From positions 1 to 34,009 of the forward strand of contig VBJS01000053.1 in assembly GCA_005880055.1 (NCBI GenBank): a stretch of 34,009 nt of DNA, given 5' to 3'. Positions 24,213 to 30,366 of this stretch are shown here, piece after piece (the first letter of the stretch is position 1; the number at the start of each line of letters is the position of its first letter). A program made the translations under genes and the position numbers. A model generated the notes under the pieces. That model saw nothing but the letters and a program-made list of their open reading frames with translations. It had not been told where the DNA came from and made no database searches. Origin of the DNA: Chloroflexota bacterium (lineage in GTDB: Bacteria; Chloroflexota; Dehalococcoidia; SM23-28-2; RBG-16-64-32).

Positions 24213-25384
24213 TCAGGCGCCGGACAATATTTTCTCGATGTTCTGGGGAGCGAAGAACTCGGGGACGGGTATACTGCCAGCCGTGACGCCCAGGAACCGG
24301 TCTGTCTGCTCCTGATTCCCTTGAAGGGCGCCGATCAGTTGCTGAAGCTCCTCGGGCGGCGGCTCCAGGCTCGCGAACTGGCAGGTGAACTCGTAAAGCG
24401 GCGTCACCTGCTCGTTTCGCCGCCGCTCATACTCGGCGAGTCCCGCATCCAGCGGCTGCCTGCCGGTAAAACCGGCGTCAACGGCCTCCGCCAGCGCCTC
24501 GGCATCGCGGAAGGCGTCGCTGATACCTTGTGCCGTCACCGGGTCCTTGTGGTAGCCGGCGTCGCCGACGAGCGCCCAGCCGGGGCCGTACGGCTTTCGG
24601 AAGAAGTTGGGTATATCGCCGGTGCCTACGATGCGCTCTTCGCGTTTCCCGCCGCGTACGCGCTCTTCAAACTCAGGGTGGAGGGCCCATACCTGAAATA
24701 GGCTCTCCTCGATGTTCTCGCGTACGCGGGGGAACTCACGACTGGGCCAGAACCCCATCACGAGGGTCCGACCGTCGTTGGTCGGCAATGCGCCAAACCC
24801 ACAGTCCGGGCGGACGTAAAGTTGCCCGCCTTCCACCGGCACGCCGCTCCAGTAGCTGTAGTAGTAGCAGGCGAGCGGAGGCTTCTCGTTGTAGCTGGGC
24901 GCCTGCGCCGCTTTTGCTACCGCTGAGTGCAGGCCGTCGGCGCCGATTACGATCTTCGCCGTCTCCGTCACCGCGTCGCCGCCCTGCGAGTGTCCGCGGA
25001 TGCCGGTAACGATGCCGGCTTCGCTCGCGACCTCATCAACCGTGAATCGCTCTCGCATTTGTCGAGGACCGTGCGGCGAGGCGAATACGCTTCTCGCACG
25101 CCGTCGTATCCGGCGGGCTTGCCCTGGAGCACCGCTGGTCCGAAGTCCATCGTTAGCGGCTGGTCTATACGCGGGCAGCCGGTAGCGACGACGCGATCGA
25201 GCAGGCCCCAGCGCTTCAGGCGCGAAGCTCCGGCGGGCCAGATGATGTGCGTGGAGATCGTATCGCTCGGGAACGACGCCCTATCGACGAGCAGCACATC
25301 GTAGCCCTTGCGGGCGAGCAGCATCGCCGTAGGCGAGCCGGCGCAGCGGGCGCCGACGACTATGGCATCATATTCCTTGGCCAA
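24213..25384 (-). pseudogene. FAD-dependent oxidoreductase/monooxygenase (GDAGYxKD family), broken by an internal out-of-frame deletion
   Basis: - N-terminal part, from TTG 25384 with GGAGG 7 nt upstream: AKEYDAIVVGARCAGSPTAMLLARKGYDVLLVDRASFPSDT...AYSPRRTVLDK.
- C-terminal part, in another frame: (M)RERFTVDEV..IVIGADGLHS..GWALVGDAGYHKDPVTAQGISDAFRDAE.
- The junction is at about 25055-25063.
- Relative to family members as I recall them, about 12 residues (..LLVDAAxEAGAE..) are missing between LDK and VRERF. Confidence 0.75.
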
Positions 25385-25509
25385 GCAAAATCCTCCCTTG
25401 ACTCGTATCCAGCCGCTGCCGGCAATAGCACACATGCGAGGACGCGCCGCCGGACAATCAGACATGCTAGCAGGCCATAGCCGTTGCCGATAGCCAACCG
25501 CCGATGGCT

Positions 25510-25515
25510 TAGAAT
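25510..25515 (+). promoter_or_regulatory. Candidate -10 element (TAGAAT) 6 nt upstream of the gltX ATG (leaderless geometry)
   Basis: Reads TAGAAT-CGACCC-ATG with no purine-rich SD between. The -35 is weak (TTGCCG, too far away). Confidence 0.35.
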
Positions 25516-25521
25516 CGACCC

Positions 25522-27117
25522 ATGAGCGTCCGCACTCGCTATGCCCCCAGCCCAACGGGTGAGCCGCACCTGGGCAACATCCGCACCGCGTTCTTCGACT
25601 GGCTGCTGGCGCGGCACTACGGCGGGCAGTTCATCCTGCGCATCGAGGACACAGACCAGGCGCGCTACGTGGAGTCCGGAGTCGGCGCGCAGATGGACGC
25701 GCTACGCTGGCTGGGCCTGCAGTGGGACGAGGGGCCAGACGTCGGCGGCCCGCACGAGCCATACGTGCAGTCCGAGCGGCTCCCGCTTTACCACAGCCAT
25801 GCCGACCGCCTGCTGGAGGAGGACAAAGCCTACCGCTGCTACTGCTCGCCGGAGCGGCTGGACCAGGTGCGCAAGGAGCAACAGGCCCGCAAGGAGCCGC
25901 CGCGCTACGACCGCCACTGCCGCGACCTCTCGTCCGAGGAGCGGCGTGCCCAGGAAGCGGCGGGCATCACGCCTGTCGTTCGATTCAAGACGCCACCGGC
26001 CGGCGAGACGCAAACGCAGGATGTCCTGCGCGGCGAGGTCACCTTCCGGAACGAGACGCTGGACGACTTCGTGCTGCTCAAGTCGGACGGCTTCCCGACC
26101 TACCACCTGGCGAGCATCGTGGACGACCACCTTATGGATATCACGCACGTGCTGCGCGGCGAGGAGTGGTTCCGGAACGAGACGCTGGACGACTTCGTGC
26201 TGCTCAAGTCGGACGGCTTCCCGACCTACCACCTGGCGAGCATCGTGGACGACCACCTTATGGATATCACGCACGTGCTGCGCGGCGAGGAGTGGCTTTC
26301 CAGCTTGCCCCGTCACGTCCTCCTATACGGGGCGTTCGGCTGGGAGCCGCCGGTCTTCGCACACCTCTCAACCATACTGGGGCCGGACCGCGCCAAGCTC
26401 TCGAAGCGGCACGGTGCCCACGCGGCGCTGGAGTACCGGGAGCAGGGCTACCTGCCGGACGCCGTGGTCAACTTCCTCGCACTGCTCGGCTGGTCGCTCG
26501 ACGACCACACGGAGATCATCGACCGCGCGACGCTGGTCAAGCACTTCGACCTCGACCGCGTTCTGCCCAACCCGGCCGTCTTTAACGCCGACAAGCTGCT
26601 GTGGATGAACGGCGTGTATATCCGCGCGCTCCCGCCGGAGGAACTCGCCGACCAGGCCCTCCCGTTTCTCGAGCGCGACCTTGGCCGGCCGTTAGACCGA
26701 GCTCTGCTGCTTCGCATCGTCCCCCTGGTGCAGGAGCGCATCAAGCTGCTGAGCGAAATCACCGCGATGGCCGACTTCTTCTTCACCGGCGATAACATGG
26801 CCTACGACATCGAGACTCTCCTGGGCAAGAAGTACGGCGGTCAGCCGCGCCTCGCCGCCGACGCCCTGGGTGGCGTCATCGCGGCCATCGAGTCGGTTGA
26901 ACCGTGGACGCATGACGGGCTTGAAGCGGCCGTGCGCCCGCTGGCCGACGAAATCGGAGCGAAAGCAGGCGACCTGTTCGGCCTCGCCCGAGTCGCGATC
27001 ACGGGCAAGACGACGGCGCCGCCGCTCTTCGAGACGATGGAGGTGCTGGGCCGGGAGCGGACGCTGGCGCGGCTGCGGCAGGCCGCGGAGCGGCTGGAGG
27101 CGGCAGGACAAAGGTAG
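25522..27117 (+). CDS. gltX: Glutamyl-tRNA synthetase carrying a 42-codon in-frame tandem duplication in the catalytic domain
   Basis: - HIGH motif: YAPSPTGEPHLGNIRTA.
- Core: LKSDGFPTYHLASIVDDHLMDITHVLRGEEW, present twice.
- KMSKS-type motif: AKLSKRHG.
- C-terminal anticodon-binding region. Confidence 0.92.
   Translation: MSVRTRYAPSPTGEPHLGNIRTAFFDWLLARHYGGQFILRIEDTDQARYVESGVGAQMDALRWLGLQWDEGPDVGGPHEPYVQSERLPLYHSHADRLLEEDKAYRCYCSPERLDQVRKEQQARKEPPRYDRHCRDLSSEERRAQEAAGITPVVRFKTPPAGETQTQDVLRGEVTFRNETLDDFVLLKSDGFPTYHLASIVDDHLMDITHVLRGEEWFRNETLDDFVLLKSDGFPTYHLASIVDDHLMDITHVLRGEEWLSSLPRHVLLYGAFGWEPPVFAHLSTILGPDRAKLSKRHGAHAALEYREQGYLPDAVVNFLALLGWSLDDHTEIIDRATLVKHFDLDRVLPNPAVFNADKLLWMNGVYIRALPPEELADQALPFLERDLGRPLDRALLLRIVPLVQERIKLLSEITAMADFFFTGDNMAYDIETLLGKKYGGQPRLAADALGGVIAAIESVEPWTHDGLEAAVRPLADEIGAKAGDLFGLARVAITGKTTAPPLFETMEVLGRERTLARLRQAAERLEAAGQR
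26044..26295 (+). repeat. Perfect direct tandem duplication, 2 x 126 bp (26044-26169 and 26170-26295), in frame within gltX
   Basis: I read both copies as identical, ttccggaacgagacgctggac...cgcggcgaggagtgg. Each encodes FRNETLDDFVLLKSDGFPTYHLASIVDDHLMDITHVLRGEEW. Confidence 0.95.
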
Positions 27118-27127
27118 GGTGGGGCGC

Positions 27128-27337
27128 TCAATCGTTATCTTCGAGGCCCATGGTCAGGCGGAATGGGCCGAGGTGGACGAACAGCAGGACGTGCGTCCAG
27201 TCGAAGCCGGGGTCGAGGTCAGCATCAAACCAGAGGCCGATACCCCAGCGCCACCAGTCCAACTCGGGCCGGAATATCTTGCGCGAGTCGCGCAGTTCGC
27301 GCCAGAGGACAGCCGGAAACGAGAGAACACGCTGCAT
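27128..27337 (-). CDS. Small hypothetical Trp-rich protein (69 aa)
   Basis: ATG start and high third-position GC consistent with coding (MQRVLSFPAVLWRELRDSRKIFRPELDWWRWGIGLWFDADLDPGFDW...). It is convergent with gltX. No family recognised. Confidence 0.45.
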   Translation of the reverse strand: MQRVLSFPAVLWRELRDSRKIFRPELDWWRWGIGLWFDADLDPGFDWTHVLLFVHLGPFRLTMGLEDND

Positions 27338-27359
27338 AGCTATGAGGGCCGCCAGCCTC

Positions 27360-27368
27360 TGATATAAT
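27360..27368 (+). promoter_or_regulatory. Extended -10 promoter (TGaTATAAT) for the tRNA-Gln/tRNA-Glu pair
   Basis: A perfect TGnTATAAT at 27360-27368 sits in an otherwise GC-rich intergenic region, 30 nt upstream of the mature tRNA-Gln 5' end. The -35 is weak, as is tolerated with an extended -10. Confidence 0.5.
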
Positions 27369-27398
27369 CACTTAGGCGCGATTCAGCGTCTATCCCGC

Positions 27399-27472
27399 TG
27401 CGGAATGGTGTAACGGTAGCACGACTGACTCTGGATCAGTTAGTCTAGGTTCGAATCCTAGTTCCGCAGCCA
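27399..27472 (+). tRNA. tRNA-Gln (anticodon CTG), CCA encoded
   Basis: Cloverleaf folded by hand:
- Acceptor tgcggaa/ttccgca.
- Anticodon stem actga/tcagt with loop ctCTGga.
- T arm ctagg-ttcgaat-cctag.
- Discriminator g, then cca. Confidence 0.9.
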
Positions 27473-27479
27473 GCTTTTC

Positions 27480-27556
27480 GGCGCATTCGTCTAGCGGCCC
27501 AGGACGCCGCCCTCTCAAGGCGGAGATCACGGGTTCGAATCCCGTATGCGCCACCA
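27480..27556 (+). tRNA. tRNA-Glu (anticodon CTC), CCA encoded
   Basis: - Acceptor ggcgcat/atgcgcc.
- D arm gtc-tagcggcccag-gac, almost identical to E. coli tRNA-Glu.
- Anticodon stem ccgcc/ggcgg with loop ctCTCaa.
- T arm acggg-ttcgaat-cccgt. Confidence 0.9.
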
Positions 27557-27568
27557 ATTCGCAGTTCC

Positions 27569-27600
27569 AGGCCGGGCGTCTCTGCCCGGCCTCTTGGTTT
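27569..27600 (+). terminator. Rho-independent terminator candidate after the tRNA pair
   Basis: A 9-bp GC stem (aggccgggc / gcccggcct) with a 6-nt loop (gtctct), followed by cttggttt, a short and interrupted T tract. Confidence 0.55.
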
Positions 27601-27662
27601 ATGCTGCCAGGCGCAGATTGACGCTGCGGGGAACCAACGGCCCACGTACTACGTCATAATGA

Positions 27663-28272
27663 GTGGACATGCGGCTATTATTCCCGCTGATCGCCCTTCT
27701 CGCCCTGGCGTTTGTCGCTTGCTCGGACGAAGCCGAAACCGGAGCACCGGCCGGATCGACGCTTGCGTCCCGGACGCCGACGCCCGCGTCGCGGACCGCA
27801 ACACCTGCCACCAATGCTGGCACCGCCACGGCAGCCGTGGCGCCCGGCACGACCGGCGGGGCCGGGACGCCCGCGGGAAGCACCGCGGAGCCGGCGGACA
27901 TCCAGCCGACCGATACCGCGACGCCGACGGCAATCGCCCCGCCCAACCCCGGCGGCTCGTCGGGTATCAGCGGCGTCGCCCTCGCGGGCCCGCAATGCCC
28001 GGTGGAGCGCCTCGATTCTCCATGCCCTGACCGGCCTGTCGCAAACGCGGCCATCGACGTCTACAACGGCGACCGCACGACCAAGGTCACGACAGTGACG
28101 ACAGACGCGGACGGCCGCTTCCGAGTCGATCTCCCGCCCGGCGACTATTACCTGGACCCCACAACCGCCCGACGCGTCACGCCCGTTTCCAATAGGCACT
28201 CCCCAGACGGTGAGCGTCCAGCCCGGCGAGTACACGGACGTCACCGTGTCCTACGATACCGGCATTCGATAA
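27663..28272 (+). CDS. Lipoprotein with Thr/Pro/Ala-rich linker and carboxypeptidase-regulatory-like (CarboxypepD_reg) domain; C-terminus reached only after a +1 frame change near 28157
   Basis: - Lipobox: LLALAFVAC.
- Domain: GPQCPVERLDSPCPDRPVANAAIDVYNGDRTTKVTTVTTDADGRFRVDLPPGDYYLD.
- After the C4 run at 28157-28160, the annotated frame gives a basic nonsense tail running to 28433.
- The +1 frame gives PQPPDASRPFPIGTPQTVSVQPGEYTDVTVSYDTGIR* and stops at 28270-28272.
- Start is GTG 27663 or ATG 27669. Confidence 0.75.
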
Positions 28273-28354
28273 CCGCCACAGCGGGCGCACATGTATGCGG
28301 ATCTTGCCTCGCCGGAGCGCTCAGTATTGGGAGACGGCCGACTATCCCGGCCGC

Positions 28355-29176
28355 TCAGGCGGCTCGGGGAGCTAGTGCAACAGCCGGCGTCTCGGCAGGC
28401 TGCTCGGCGAGTTCCGGAGTCACGAGGAGCTGACCGAGGGCTCGGTAGGCGCGCGGGTTGAACACGAGGCCGATATGGGTGCCGCCGACCTCGTGGTTCA
28501 GCTGCTGGTCTATCTCCTGGGCGTCGTGCCAGTCGACAACGCCGTCGCTGCGAGTAAAGATGGCAGAATGCCGAATGCCGGGTGGAAGAGCAATCGCCAG
28601 GTCGCGCGTAAAGCCGCACTTGCAACGGCCCGCGAGACAGCCGTAGCGGCCGCCGCTCAGTGCTGATAGGGTGGTATGCAGCCCGACAGCAGTCGCGACG
28701 ACGGCGGGGTGGGCATGCACAGCCTGCAACGGGCTGCCCAGGCAGATGAGCTGCGACACGAGTTCCGGCCGCTGCGTAGCGGCGCGCCGGCCGATCATGC
28801 CGCCGAGGGAGTGGCCGACGATCCGCACCGGGCGCCCTGTGGCCGCCTGGGCGCGCTCCATAGTCGTGATCAGACGCGTGGCCAGCCGGCCCGGGCACTC
28901 GGCGTTGAGGCCGATTCCGGACATGAAGGGCCGGTAACCGATGCGCCCCAGCCAGCCGTAAAGTTCGACCAGGTAAGCATCGCTGCCGAGGAAACCGGGG
29001 ACAAGGACGACAGCGCTGCCATCGCCGCGGGGCACGCCCAGGCCGTAGTAGACGGGCGAGAGGCGGAGCGCCATCCAGTCGAGGGGCCAGAGGGACTCAT
29101 GCCAGATTGGCGGGATGCTTGACGCGCCGGGCGCATTTCGGTCCGCCCTGACGTTTCCCAACTGCCGAACTGCCAT
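28355..29176 (-). CDS. Alpha/beta-fold hydrolase (lipase/esterase-like, GxSxG)
   Basis: The nucleophile elbow is IVGHSLGGMIG and the N-terminal strand is VVLVPGFLGSD. I prefer the ATG at 29176 (MAVRQLGN), which has GGAG 6 nt upstream, over the TTG at 29188. Confidence 0.8.
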   Translation of the reverse strand: MAVRQLGNVRADRNAPGASSIPPIWHESLWPLDWMALRLSPVYYGLGVPRGDGSAVVLVPGFLGSDAYLVELYGWLGRIGYRPFMSGIGLNAECPGRLATRLITTMERAQAATGRPVRIVGHSLGGMIGRRAATQRPELVSQLICLGSPLQAVHAHPAVVATAVGLHTTLSALSGGRYGCLAGRCKCGFTRDLAIALPPGIRHSAIFTRSDGVVDWHDAQEIDQQLNHEVGGTHIGLVFNPRAYRALGQLLVTPELAEQPAETPAVALAPRAA

Positions 29177-29365
29177 CGACAACTCCAATCCTCTAAATAG
29201 AGAGACGCCGATACAGGAATCTGGTTGCTGGAAACGGCGTTAACGCCGGGTGAATTCTGACGACAAAAGCCGCAGACGGCCCAACGTTTGACCGGAAATG
29301 CGCGAGCGTCTTAGCATCCGAAGTAGTATCTGAAGGGGGCAGTCAGAGGGGAGGAGGCCGCTGAC

Positions 29366-30304
29366 ATGCAAGAGTGGGACCGCGGGCAAGCCGCTCAATT
29401 GGTGGTCCGGGGCGGCATAAGCTTTGTGCTCGCCTGGTTCGGTCTACAGGAGCTTCGCGATCCCAGCTCCTGGGCCGTTTTCGTTCCTTCTTTTGTTGCA
29501 GACCTTTCACCGCTCGCAATCGATAGCCTCATCCTATTTCATGGGTTCCTGCTGGTCCTGGCAGCAGCGCTCATTCTTACGGGCATCCTCTACTCGGCGG
29601 GCTGCATCCTTGCCGCTGGTCTGCTCTCGGAAATCGTCTTCGGCCTCTGGCTCGACGGCGGCCTAACCGACCTGGTGGTGCGCGATATCGGTCTGCTGAC
29701 CGTTACGGTAGCGCTCGCGCTGGCGCCACTGCGGTCGTGGAATGTCGCCGGGATCAGTTCGCGCCTGCTGAACGGGCGCCGGGCCGCAGGATCGGGCGCG
29801 CGCCCTCAACCTGCCTCATCTGGTCGGTTCTCGGCCGCCGCGGTTGTCGAAGCCGGTGGCCTCCTCGCCCTGGTGCTTGCAATCGCCCTCCTCGCTCGGG
29901 CCACGTCTGGCGCTGAGTCGTCGTTGACGTCCGTTGCGTCGCTGCCCACCACTGGGGCCGCTTCCGGTGAACCGGCCGGCGCTCCTGAGGCTTCCGGCGC
30001 GACTCCCGATGATTGGCAGTACAAGCGGTTCGCCTTCCAGATATACCCAGGCGAGATCAACGACGATACAAAGAAAGCGCTGGCCGGATTCGACCTCTCG
30101 ATCCAGGATAATGGCGATACCGTGTCCGTCCTGCTTAAGGCATTGAGCTCGCGCTATCGCGATTCTCAGGTAACGGTGAACAAGAACGACACCGCCTACT
30201 TCATCGAGACCACCATGCGGGACGACCCGAACGACCAGGAGAATAACCTGCGCGACGACGGAATCATCGAGGTGGACCCCCGGGGTTATATTCGCTCGTC
30301 CTAG
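29366..30304 (+). CDS. DoxX-like integral membrane protein with extra TM segment and C-terminal soluble domain
   Basis: A strong SD (GGAGGAGG) lies 8 nt upstream. There are four N-terminal TM helices (ISFVLAWFGLQEL.., LILFHGFLLVLAAALIL.., CILAAGLLSEIVFGLW.., IGLLTVTVALALA) and a later TM (GLLALVLAIALLA). The C-terminal 100 aa form a hydrophilic domain. Confidence 0.7.
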   Translation: MQEWDRGQAAQLVVRGGISFVLAWFGLQELRDPSSWAVFVPSFVADLSPLAIDSLILFHGFLLVLAAALILTGILYSAGCILAAGLLSEIVFGLWLDGGLTDLVVRDIGLLTVTVALALAPLRSWNVAGISSRLLNGRRAAGSGARPQPASSGRFSAAAVVEAGGLLALVLAIALLARATSGAESSLTSVASLPTTGAASGEPAGAPEASGATPDDWQYKRFAFQIYPGEINDDTKKALAGFDLSIQDNGDTVSVLLKALSSRYRDSQVTVNKNDTAYFIETTMRDDPNDQENNLRDDGIIEVDPRGYIRSS

Positions 30305-30366
30305 GCCGACGCTGCTCAGGCGGCCGCTAAGCGTGTTATTCTTTTCGCCGCGAAGGGAGCGCATCC

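Noticed and set aside
25385-25521. T-box or other riboswitch leader upstream of gltX
   Set aside because: The region is only 137 nt long. I found no T-box consensus and no terminator/antiterminator pair. The sequence is better explained by a promoter abutting the start codon.
25541-26608. 355-aa and 287-aa alternative-frame ORFs (25541-26608 and 25722-26585), plus a 204-aa antisense ORF, inside gltX
   Set aside because: They give Arg/Pro/Ala/Ser-rich low-complexity translations. The gltX frame carries the HIGH and KMSKS motifs, so these are GC-driven open frames.
28273-28433. Tail of ORF 27663-28433 overlapping the convergent hydrolase gene
   Set aside because: It is an out-of-frame read-through after the C4 run. 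The +1 frame ends sensibly at 28272.
27399-29200. Genomic island integrated at the tRNA-Gln/tRNA-Glu locus
   Set aside because: No integrase, no repeat of a tRNA 3' end downstream, and no evident compositional break. The downstream genes look like ordinary envelope and metabolic genes.
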